Source: Bacteroidales bacterium (lineage in GTDB: Bacteria > Bacteroidota > Bacteroidia > Bacteroidales > GCA-2711565). Taken from it: a DNA stretch of 64,000 bases. Position 1 is the stretch's first letter; the number at the start of each line of letters is the position of its first letter. The stretch covers positions 1,243,779 through 1,307,778 of the forward strand of contig OY775914.1 of the NCBI GenBank assembly GCA_963675215.1, written 5' to 3'. Under the pieces are notes generated by a model. That model worked only from the letters and a program-made list of their open reading frames with translations, ran no database searches and was not told the DNA's origin. A program made the translations under genes and the position numbers. Shown piece after piece: positions 55,781 through 64,000 of the stretch.

Positions 55781-58072
55781 TTATTTGTCATATTCCTGTT
55801 TTATTTTATTAATCAAATCGTTATCACCCGAATTCTTTGATATTGAAACAGCTAAATCCCTTATTTTTTCAGCCTTCTTATTCTGTCCGTCTTTTCTGTA
55901 AACCTTGTAAGCTATTTCAAAACATTTCAAATAGTTTCTATTCTGATTGTTAACGTTCTTTTGATTTTTATCATTAGTCATCTGAACGTTTAAGTAATCG
56001 AGATGAAACACATTTTCTATCAAGTTCATGTTAAAATCCAATAAATTAGTTGGATGTTCAGAATATCTTAATGCCAATCCAGAAACATGCATTTTATCTT
56101 TGTGTGTTCGGTAATATTTTGGAGTTGCGGTAAAACCAACGTAAATAGGTTTGTCACCTTTATAATTACCTAATATATGAGTTAAAACAGCCTCTAAATT
56201 GTAGGGATTTGATTCATAAAACTCATTTTCAAGTTCGATAATATTATGTTTTTCAAACACTTTATCTCTATAACTTTTCACGAGTAACATATCAAAACTT
56301 AATACTGTGACATCAGTCCTAATATTTTTAACGTCTTGTAGCATCCAAAGTGGATAGGTATCATTATCGTTTTGAGTAAATATAATGGCGTTTGGTTCTA
56401 AGGACATTAATACATTATATCCATAATTCAACAAACCTGGTGACATTTCATTTCGTTCAAACCACTTATTATTTACTTCCTTTCGTTTTTCAAAATCAAA
56501 AATGCAATCTGTATAAGTAATCATTGTTGCATGAATACCTCCAAAATCAGGATTCATTTCATAAGCTTTTAAAAGATATGCACCTTTTGTCGGGTCAAAT
56601 CCTCTTTCCGACCAAACAACGTAATTATATGTAAATGTATTTGGCACATTTTCTTTAATCAATTTTACAATCTCAGATCCTAATTTTAGGTAAGAAGATT
56701 CTTTTACAAATTCTTTACTCCAACCAGCTGTTCCTTGTGCATTTCTGTTTGCACGAAAATAATTATACCAATTCAGTTCATTTGTTTTATCTTTTTCAAT
56801 TTCTTTCCACCATAATTCAGCTTGCTCAACATAATACGAATGCGGTTTGGATTCTTGAGCAAATGAAATTTGGTTTTCGGGTTTTTGCCCCAAATAAGCA
56901 TCTTCTGTTTCATTTAAATTACTTTTTTCAAAAGGTTTGTTAATCCATATTTCGACAGGACAGGGAACAGAGGCATAGCTTTTCTTAGGGTCTAATTTTA
57001 CATTTACAATAACAGCATCTATTTTGCCATCTTTATTCATATCACCTAACGCTACTGCCGCACTATTTGAATTTCCCAATCTAAGTTTACTATCTGTAAA
57101 GTGACCTTTACCGTTATTATACCAAACCCTGTTGGGTGCACCACTGCCCATAGGAACTTTTCCGTAACAAATAAACAAATCAAAATCACCATCACCATCA
57201 AAGTCGGCAGTTTTTGCAGCGTTGGAATTATTACCAAGTGCTTGACCGCTATCTTTAAAGTTTCCCTTTCCGTCATTAAAAAATATCATATTTCCACTAG
57301 TGCCATTACTGGCAAGAAATAAATCCATATCGCCATCATTATCAAAATCACATAAAATTGCATTTCGACTTACTGCAGTAGAAATATCATGGCTCCTTTC
57401 AGTAAACTTCTTTTCGGCACTACCAAACCAAATTTTGTTTGCAGAATGCTTCATTGTAGGAGGTGGTGTGTGTGGAATAGCCACATAGATGTCGGTAAAA
57501 CCATCACTATTAATGTCGCCGAAAGTATAACTTGCCTGTCCCCAACCTCCCAGACTTTTACCCGAGTTTGTGAAATTAGCTTTACCGTCGTTACATAAAA
57601 TTCTATCCTCTGTTGTAGAACAACTGATGATATCGATATCTCCATCATTATCCACATCAGCTAATACAGACGAGTACATTATAATATCGGAGGAAAGCTT
57701 GATTTTGAATTCGTAATGATTGTCCCCGTCATTAAGATAAATGCTGTCTTGGCTGACTACATCTACGAATCCATCACCATTGAGGTCTGCAAAACTTGCA
57801 AAAATACCAGAGCCAAAGCTGAGATCTGTTTCGGAAATTTTTCCATTCCCATTGTTTAGCCATGTTTTGCTACCAAAATATGCATCCAAATTACCATCCC
57901 CGTTAATATCTACCAGTTTGATATCCCAAGAATTAGTAGCTTGTATACTTTGCCCATTTGTAATTAATGATACCTGAGCCTTGGCAGTATTAACTTGCAA
58001 TGCAAGTATCACAAGGCCGATAGTTATTCCTTTAAAAAATTTTGCCGTTAATCTGTAATGTTTTTTATTCAT
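55781..58072 (-). CDS. Secreted FG-GAP/VCBS repeat protein fused to a C-terminal domain resembling the DUF2723 extracytoplasmic domain
   Basis: DxNGDGxxD repeats; then AYLGQKP stub; then IIFTQNDNDTYPLWMLQDV..IRTDV. Confidence 0.75.
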   Translation of the reverse strand: MNKKHYRLTAKFFKGITIGLVILALQVNTAKAQVSLITNGQSIQATNSWDIKLVDINGDGNLDAYFGSKTWLNNGNGKISETDLSFGSGIFASFADLNGDGFVDVVSQDSIYLNDGDNHYEFKIKLSSDIIMYSSVLADVDNDGDIDIISCSTTEDRILCNDGKANFTNSGKSLGGWGQASYTFGDINSDGFTDIYVAIPHTPPPTMKHSANKIWFGSAEKKFTERSHDISTAVSRNAILCDFDNDGDMDLFLASNGTSGNMIFFNDGKGNFKDSGQALGNNSNAAKTADFDGDGDFDLFICYGKVPMGSGAPNRVWYNNGKGHFTDSKLRLGNSNSAAVALGDMNKDGKIDAVIVNVKLDPKKSYASVPCPVEIWINKPFEKSNLNETEDAYLGQKPENQISFAQESKPHSYYVEQAELWWKEIEKDKTNELNWYNYFRANRNAQGTAGWSKEFVKESSYLKLGSEIVKLIKENVPNTFTYNYVVWSERGFDPTKGAYLLKAYEMNPDFGGIHATMITYTDCIFDFEKRKEVNNKWFERNEMSPGLLNYGYNVLMSLEPNAIIFTQNDNDTYPLWMLQDVKNIRTDVTVLSFDMLLVKSYRDKVFEKHNIIELENEFYESNPYNLEAVLTHILGNYKGDKPIYVGFTATPKYYRTHKDKMHVSGLALRYSEHPTNLLDFNMNLIENVFHLDYLNVQMTNDKNQKNVNNQNRNYLKCFEIAYKVYRKDGQNKKAEKIRDLAVSISKNSGDNDLINKIKQEYDK

Positions 58073-58087
58073 AGATTACTTCATTTT

Positions 58088-61000
58088 TTATTTTCTTAAT
58101 CGATCAATAATTTTTGCACTTACCCACATTACATCTTCATTCCCACGTACAACCCATCGAGTGAAGAATAGATATTTGCCATCAGGAGATACAGAAGGAA
58201 AACGTTCCTGTTTACCCGAATTAATGTTTGTACCTAAATTTATGGCTTCTGTCCAGGTTCCATCAGATTTCCGGAAACATATATAGATGTCGCCAAGGTC
58301 TTTATCGGGATTTAGGCGATTGGATGAGAACAAAAGATAACTCTCATCAGGAGCAATAAAAGGTGTCCAATTCATGATGCCATCACCAAGGTTTATGCTT
58401 GATGGAAGTAATTCAGGTTTTGAGTATTCTCCCGCATTAAGTTTCATCCTGTAAATACCAAAATCATTCATTGATCCCAAGCCTTCAGCATGGCCCAGAA
58501 AATAGAATGTACCATCCTGAGTTACTGAATAATTATAGGCATACTTAATTTCAGGGAATCGAGAGAGCAGATTCATGCATATTTGCTCGTTCCAAATATT
58601 GTTTTTTTTCTCAACATAATACGGCCCATTTTCCTCACCATTCTCCTTCCCAAAAGGAAGAAAATAAAGTCGCTTGCCATCGGGTGAGAATACAGGTCCG
58701 CTTGTGTATGGGGAGATTTCAGGTGCTTTCCAGGTATTGCCAACACGCTTCATCGTCATTCCAAATATTTGTGTTTCTTTACCTCTTTGGCGATAATTCG
58801 ACTGCCAAAACACTTCGTTGCCATCGGGAGAAAATGTAGGAGCTCCATGTTCGATAGTGGTATCTGTTGATACGATACCAGAGGCAAAAACTTCAGGGAT
58901 ATTTCCAGGAGGTGTTTGACCCAAATAATCTCCTTTTAGATTGGTAAATTTTTGAGGAGAGGCTTCGGGCATAGCCTTCTCTTTAAGCTTTTTGATATTA
59001 TTCGTACTCACCCAATAAATGTTTGGTAAGCCACCATCTTCGTTATATCTACTAAAAAATAAATATTTACCATCCGGAGTGATACTTGGGCATGTTTCAT
59101 TGAAATTAGAATTTACCTCACTACCAAGGTTAATTGGTTTTGTCCATGTTCCGTCTTTCGTCTTAAAACAGATGTGAATATCCTTGTCTTTAGTTTTGTC
59201 ATTTTCTTTTAGGGCATCTATTAGCATAAAGTCCTGAGATGGGGAAATAAAACCATGGCTACCATATTCAATTCCGACTTCGAATATTTCGGGAAATTTA
59301 CCATTTTTGTTGGGAGCATAATACAATTTTCCTTTTGAAACATTTCTATAAAATAGATCTCCATTCTCCGCTGGATTTGAATAAAAAACCATATCATCAT
59401 TTATCGGAGAATCAAGTTTTATTGCATCACTCCACCAGTCACCGGAACGGCTTGCTTGCCAAATTTCAACACCCTTAGAATCACTGGCTGTAAAATAAAT
59501 TTTTGTGCCAATACTATTTACAAAGGCCTCCATTTCGCCCTTTTTTCCTTTTGTTAAATTTGCTTTTTCAGGATTTGTCCATTTATTGTCTATACGTTTT
59601 GAGAAATATATACTTGAATTTTCGCCTTTTCTTTTACCTGTAAAATATATTTCTTCTAAATCAGGAGTAATCGAAACTGCAAATTCATATCTTCCATTTA
59701 CTGAAACAATTCCAGGGGCAAAAATGACTGGCACATCACCGGGTGGAGTTTGCCCTAAGTAATCTCCTTTTAGAATAGGAAAGTCTTTCGTGCTCTGTGA
59801 CTTCAATCCTGATTTCTTATCTGAGGAATTTATGATGGTACCTTCGTATACATCTGAATAATAAGTCCAATCTGGAGCGCTTGTTGTGCCGCCTATCATA
59901 TAAATTTTATTACCTACAGCGGCATAGCCTGCAAAACAGTTAATTTTGGGTAAGGGTGAGGTCTTTTCCCAAGTATCACTTTCAATGTCGTAAATTAAAG
60001 CGGACGACAATGATTTACCTCTTTGATCTTGACCACCTAAAACAAGAATCTTATTATCTATTACTACTGCCCCGGGTTTGAATAGACTGATGGGCATATC
60101 CGCTTTGGTGATCCATTCATCTGTTTTTGTATTATAACATTCAACGGTAGCAATTGTTGTCCAAATGCTTTTATCAGAGCCTGCGCCTCCAATAACATAA
60201 ATTAATGAATCCTTTGTTACGATTGCAGGGTTATTTCTTAATGTAGGTATTGGTGCTTTTTCTAACCAGGAATTAGTTTCCGGGTCATACATCTCATTCT
60301 TTTTCGTAATGTTTTTGAATGAGGTAATCCCACCAATTACATAAATCTTATGATCCACCACGCCGCAATCAATATGTTGCCTGGCAGTTGGCATTGAATC
60401 CAGCCTTTGCCAGGTGTCTTTCTCTGGCGTGTACTCATAATTTGTTTTCGTAAAACCTCCACCTATCGCATATATTTTACCAGAAGCTTCTGCAACAGCA
60501 AGATTTCCTTTTGCTTCGGGCATATTTGCTAGTTTAATCCAAGTATCTGAAGGAATATCATATTTATAAAAATCCGAGGTAATCGATCGCGGAGCGTAGC
60601 TACTAGGAATGTAATATATTTCATTATTCAATACGATTGGTTTGGCTCCTGAAGTTTTATTGGGGAAGGATGTGAGTTTTTTCCAAACAATGGTTTGGTT
60701 AAAGAACTCTTCTTTTTTATCAGGCATTTTCCATGATGCTAATTCTTTGTCGAACAGAATGGCATCGGGGTAATTTTCCTTCACAATAGCTGCATCAAAT
60801 TTTGGAGTGGTAAAATGATAATGGATTGGAAGAATATATTTAGCTCCAATCCCTTCTTCCAAAAACTTTCTTTCAGTTGGGCTATCAGTTAGATAATAAT
60901 GTTGAACAAAGGCAAGGTCAATTTTCTTCTCAGGTAATTGTAAGGCTCTAAACTCTTCAAAAGTGTATTGTTCGTTGTCAAAATCACCGGTTTGAAAGAT

Positions 61001-61531
61001 TGTGATTCCGTTTACCGAGATAAGAAAGCCGATATTTATGATTTGAGAATCTGGACCGTGAGGAAATAGAAAAGTTTCAACAGTGATTCCCCGAACTTCC
61101 TTCTTGTCAGATTTATCTTTTGAAGGATTAAAGCCGATTCTTCGCTCATGAAAATTATCAATTGTATCACGTGCATTAAGTGCATCAACAGTTTGTTTTG
61201 TAGAAGCAAAAATGGCATTCGGATTATTTCTCATATGTTGCAGCACCATATTTACATCAATATGATCGCCATGGGCATGCGTAACCAATACTAAATCCAC
61301 ATCATCAAAAGGAGCTTGAGCATTGTTAAGCTTTTCTTGAATCTGTTCGGGTAAAATATAATCCCCCGCAAAGCCTTTGAATAAAGCATCAACTAAGATT
61401 TTCTTATCACCAATCTGGATTAAAAAACCCGCATTACCAACGTAGGTAACTTCGACATTTGTTTGCTGAGCAAATGTTGGAACCGAAATGTAGCTCAGTA
61501 ATAGAAATATAATGATTGCTTTTATTTTCAT
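58088..61531 (-). CDS. Secreted multidomain protein: MBL fold + Kelch propeller + 2 PD40 propellers
   Basis: THAHGDH (HxHxDH); Kelch IYxIGG and YxPxxxxW repeats; two GDYLGQTPPG...SPDGKYLFF...WVS units. Confidence 0.85.
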   Translation of the reverse strand: MKIKAIIIFLLLSYISVPTFAQQTNVEVTYVGNAGFLIQIGDKKILVDALFKGFAGDYILPEQIQEKLNNAQAPFDDVDLVLVTHAHGDHIDVNMVLQHMRNNPNAIFASTKQTVDALNARDTIDNFHERRIGFNPSKDKSDKKEVRGITVETFLFPHGPDSQIINIGFLISVNGITIFQTGDFDNEQYTFEEFRALQLPEKKIDLAFVQHYYLTDSPTERKFLEEGIGAKYILPIHYHFTTPKFDAAIVKENYPDAILFDKELASWKMPDKKEEFFNQTIVWKKLTSFPNKTSGAKPIVLNNEIYYIPSSYAPRSITSDFYKYDIPSDTWIKLANMPEAKGNLAVAEASGKIYAIGGGFTKTNYEYTPEKDTWQRLDSMPTARQHIDCGVVDHKIYVIGGITSFKNITKKNEMYDPETNSWLEKAPIPTLRNNPAIVTKDSLIYVIGGAGSDKSIWTTIATVECYNTKTDEWITKADMPISLFKPGAVVIDNKILVLGGQDQRGKSLSSALIYDIESDTWEKTSPLPKINCFAGYAAVGNKIYMIGGTTSAPDWTYYSDVYEGTIINSSDKKSGLKSQSTKDFPILKGDYLGQTPPGDVPVIFAPGIVSVNGRYEFAVSITPDLEEIYFTGKRKGENSSIYFSKRIDNKWTNPEKANLTKGKKGEMEAFVNSIGTKIYFTASDSKGVEIWQASRSGDWWSDAIKLDSPINDDMVFYSNPAENGDLFYRNVSKGKLYYAPNKNGKFPEIFEVGIEYGSHGFISPSQDFMLIDALKENDKTKDKDIHICFKTKDGTWTKPINLGSEVNSNFNETCPSITPDGKYLFFSRYNEDGGLPNIYWVSTNNIKKLKEKAMPEASPQKFTNLKGDYLGQTPPGNIPEVFASGIVSTDTTIEHGAPTFSPDGNEVFWQSNYRQRGKETQIFGMTMKRVGNTWKAPEISPYTSGPVFSPDGKRLYFLPFGKENGEENGPYYVEKKNNIWNEQICMNLLSRFPEIKYAYNYSVTQDGTFYFLGHAEGLGSMNDFGIYRMKLNAGEYSKPELLPSSINLGDGIMNWTPFIAPDESYLLFSSNRLNPDKDLGDIYICFRKSDGTWTEAINLGTNINSGKQERFPSVSPDGKYLFFTRWVVRGNEDVMWVSAKIIDRLRK

Positions 61532-61549
61532 GATGATTCATTATTAGAA

Positions 61550-62488
61550 TTAGTTGATAAGTTCTCCTTCATAAACTTCTGTATAATTATCCCAATTTGG
61601 ATTACCACCAACTGTTCCTCCTATTACATATATTTTGTTCCCGATTGTGGTACATCCAAAAAATACATTTTTAATAGGTAGGGGAGATGTTTCTTTCCAT
61701 TGATCAGATTTAGTTTTATAAATAAAAACCTTTTTTGAGGTGTCATTTTTACCATCTATTACGGTCTGTCCGCCTAAAACAATGATTTCTTTATTCACCA
61801 CAACAGCTGCTGTCCCAAATAACAATTGTGGTAAATCATTGATATGTTTCCATTTATTTGTATTGATGTTGTATGTCTCAACTGTCCAAACATCTCCCCA
61901 GATATCTTCTTCTGAACCGGCACCACCTATCACATAAATGAGAGAATCAACAGTTATAACAGAAGCATTTTGCACTAAATAAGGAATGGCTGCTTTTTCT
62001 GACCATGTATTAGTAACGGTATTAAAAACTTCATGCTTTTTGGTAATATTTTTCCATGAAGTAAGTCCACCGGCAATATATATCTCATTTTCATAAACAC
62101 CACAGTTGATATGTTGCCGAGCAGTCGGCATAGGTTTTAATAAATTCCAGTTATTGGTTTTTGGATCGTATTCTCTATTGGCATTCTGGAACTTATCACC
62201 GCCAATGGCATAAATTTTACCATTTAGAGCAGCTAGTGCAAGATTAGTTGCTGGGTTTGGAATGTTAGCTAATTCTTTCCATTCGTTTAGTTGAGGGTCA
62301 TATTCATAAAATAAATTGGTTACAGAACGAGCCCCGCCAGCTACGAAATAGATTTTATTATTCAGTGTTACCGCTTCACCACTTCTATATCCTTCCGGTA
62401 GGGATGCAAGCTTTTTCCATGTTATCGTTTGTGCAACAGATGATAATATGAAAGCGCACAAGGATATCATTAAGATTATTTTTTTCAT
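61550..62488 (-). CDS. Secreted Kelch-repeat protein
   Basis: MKKIILM signal peptide at 62488; six IYxxGG...YDP..N.W repeats. Confidence 0.88.
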   Translation of the reverse strand: MKKIILMISLCAFILSSVAQTITWKKLASLPEGYRSGEAVTLNNKIYFVAGGARSVTNLFYEYDPQLNEWKELANIPNPATNLALAALNGKIYAIGGDKFQNANREYDPKTNNWNLLKPMPTARQHINCGVYENEIYIAGGLTSWKNITKKHEVFNTVTNTWSEKAAIPYLVQNASVITVDSLIYVIGGAGSEEDIWGDVWTVETYNINTNKWKHINDLPQLLFGTAAVVVNKEIIVLGGQTVIDGKNDTSKKVFIYKTKSDQWKETSPLPIKNVFFGCTTIGNKIYVIGGTVGGNPNWDNYTEVYEGELIN

Positions 62489-62551
62489 TGGGATAATAAT
62501 TAGGTTGAATATTAACACAAAAAAAGCACCTTTTTCTTAGGTAGCAATAAG

Positions 62552-62586
62552 TAAAATGACGAATGGTTATTTAAAATGATAAACTG
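62552..62586 (-). promoter_or_regulatory. Putative LytTR binding direct repeat
   Basis: TAAAATGACGAATGG (62552) and TAAAATGATAAACTG (62572), 20-bp period, between the regulator stop and the Kelch gene. Confidence 0.5.
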
Positions 62587-62594
62587 TAAATATT

Positions 62595-63323
62595 TTAACC
62601 CTGGTAAGCCATTTTTAGTTCTTTAAAACAGTTACGACTTACCTCAAAGGGTTCTTCGATATTTTTTAAAAATACCTGATTTCGACTTTTCGAAGAGGTG
62701 TCAATTTTAAGGATAGCCTTTAGGTTAACGATGGTGGAGCGATGGATGCGAATAAAATAAGTCTCGGGCAATTCGACCTCCCATTGCTTGAGGGTTTTTA
62801 GAATGATATAACTGGTGCCATCCTGGGTTAAAATCTTAGAATGGTTTCCCACAGAGGTAATGGCACAGATGGTTTTTATTTCAACAAATCGAGCGGTACA
62901 ATTGTTCTGTTTTAAGAAAATGGAATCATGGTAATCAAATTTTTTCTCACCCGACTTATTGTCGTACGGCTCTTCAAAAATTCGGGTTATAGCCAATTTT
63001 AATCTTTTCGGATCAACTGGTTTTAACAGGTAATCGCTGGCATTAACATCAAAAGCTTTGATGGCAAATTCGTCGTAAGCAGTAACAAAAATGATTTTAA
63101 AATCAACACATACTTCTTTTAACAAATCGAATCCGTTTTCACCCGTTAGCTGAATGTCGAGAAAAACCAATTCCGGTTTTTTTGATTGAACTAAAGCCAC
63201 CGCATCTTTTAGGTTGTCTGCTTCTCCAACAACCGCAATTTCAGGATGTTCTTTTAACAAAAAAAGTAGTTCCTTTCTGGCCGGACGTTCATCATCAATA
63301 ATTATGGCATTAATTGTTTCCAT
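62595..63323 (-). CDS. LytTR family response regulator
   Basis: IIIDDE, VFLDIQL, FVTAYD, DYLLKP and FIRIHRSTIVN. Confidence 0.93.
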   Translation of the reverse strand: METINAIIIDDERPARKELLFLLKEHPEIAVVGEADNLKDAVALVQSKKPELVFLDIQLTGENGFDLLKEVCVDFKIIFVTAYDEFAIKAFDVNASDYLLKPVDPKRLKLAITRIFEEPYDNKSGEKKFDYHDSIFLKQNNCTARFVEIKTICAITSVGNHSKILTQDGTSYIILKTLKQWEVELPETYFIRIHRSTIVNLKAILKIDTSSKSRNQVFLKNIEEPFEVSRNCFKELKMAYQG

Positions 63324-63326
63324 CTA

Positions 63327-64000
63327 CTATTCAGAAATTGTTTTTTTATAATCATAAATGATAATTTGTGAAACAACCCAACCATCTTTTTCAAATAATT
63401 TAAATGCGTAGTTCTCCGGAAAATAAAGCGAAAGCCTTTTTTTGGTGTTTTCAATTCCGGTTTTAGTGCCTTCATTGTTTTTCTCACATTCAATAAGATG
63501 ACCACTGTTATGAACACTTATTTCCAAATGAGAATTAGCCTTGGCAATAATTTTAATATTTAAAGGAGTGGAGCTTGATTGCAGGCCGAATTTTATCGCA
63601 TTTTCTACCAGTGGAAGAATGATGAAAAAAGGAATCTTCATTTGATGAAGTTTTTCATCAATATCATAATCAATATTTAACTTTTCCTCAAATCTGATTT
63701 TCTGAATTTCCAAATAATTTTTGATGGCGTTAATTTCATTCCCAAAAGTGTCGGTCGTTCCATTTTGCGATAAGGAATAGCGAAAGAAATTCGATAGTTC
63801 AGTAATCATATTCCGAGCCACTGTTTTATCTTCTTCAACCATCGATCGAATGGTATTTAATGCATTGAAAAGAAAATGTGGATTAATTTGGTATCGTAGC
63901 ATTTGCAACTGCGCCTCATTGGCCAAATTGGTTGCCTGAAGCGTCATTTCTTTTTGCTTTTTTAAATTAAACCAATGGTTGATAAGGTAATATATGGTAG
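63327..64000 (-). CDS. LytS/YehU-type sensor histidine kinase, 5'-truncated by the window edge
   Basis: LRYQINPHFLFNALN, LVENAIKFG and GTKTGIEN; the frame stays open from 63947 to the window end. Confidence 0.92.
   Translation of the reverse strand, partial: TIYYLINHWFNLKKQKEMTLQATNLANEAQLQMLRYQINPHFLFNALNTIRSMVEEDKTVARNMITELSNFFRYSLSQNGTTDTFGNEINAIKNYLEIQKIRFEEKLNIDYDIDEKLHQMKIPFFIILPLVENAIKFGLQSSSTPLNIKIIAKANSHLEISVHNSGHLIECEKNNEGTKTGIENTKKRLSLYFPENYAFKLFEKDGWVVSQIIIYDYKKTISE

Noticed and set aside
622-63517. The many remaining 60-140 aa ORFs overlapping larger genes
   Set aside because: They are antisense or alternate-frame shadows of well-supported CDSs, with no motifs.
38011-64000. Prophage or ICE explanation for the one-strand accessory zone
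   Set aside because: No integrase, relaxase, transposase, terminase or structural gene is recognisable.

Overview
This is a 64-kb AT-rich window from a Bacteroidota (probably Bacteroidales-like) genome. TAnnTTTG -7 promoter boxes precede many genes. Positions ~1-38 kb are mostly housekeeping or ordinary genes: an NhaC antiporter, a P-loop kinase plus dCMP deaminase pair, amrB/amrS, LOG, manA, a lolC/E-like permease, rbfA, an MsbA-like ABC, an M20 amidohydrolase, mtnA, YgiQ, a VPS10/BNR protein, an RND-TolC pump, rsmA, serS, rpmA, rplU, an ABC-F, a polyprenyl synthetase, rfbA and an MMPL transporter. Positions ~38-64 kb are an accessory zone of almost entirely minus-strand genes, many encoding secreted proteins. 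The strongest unexplained structure is at 46.7-49.1 kb: three unrelated genes are separated by long imperfect palindromes with integron attC-like architecture, and the start and end cores of two of the three putative cassettes are fully complementary. Weaker attC-like remnants occur at 39.8, 45.5 and 54.1 kb. No integrase is present in the window. At 51.7-64 kb a LytS/LytTR pair sits upstream of eight co-oriented genes for secreted proteins built from shuffled Kelch, PD40, FG-GAP, MBL and DNRLRE modules. This run includes a chimeric gene and a 72-nt scar of a deleted paralogue. I saw no rRNA, tRNA, CRISPR array or transposase. All product calls come from motif recognition by eye; no database search was run.
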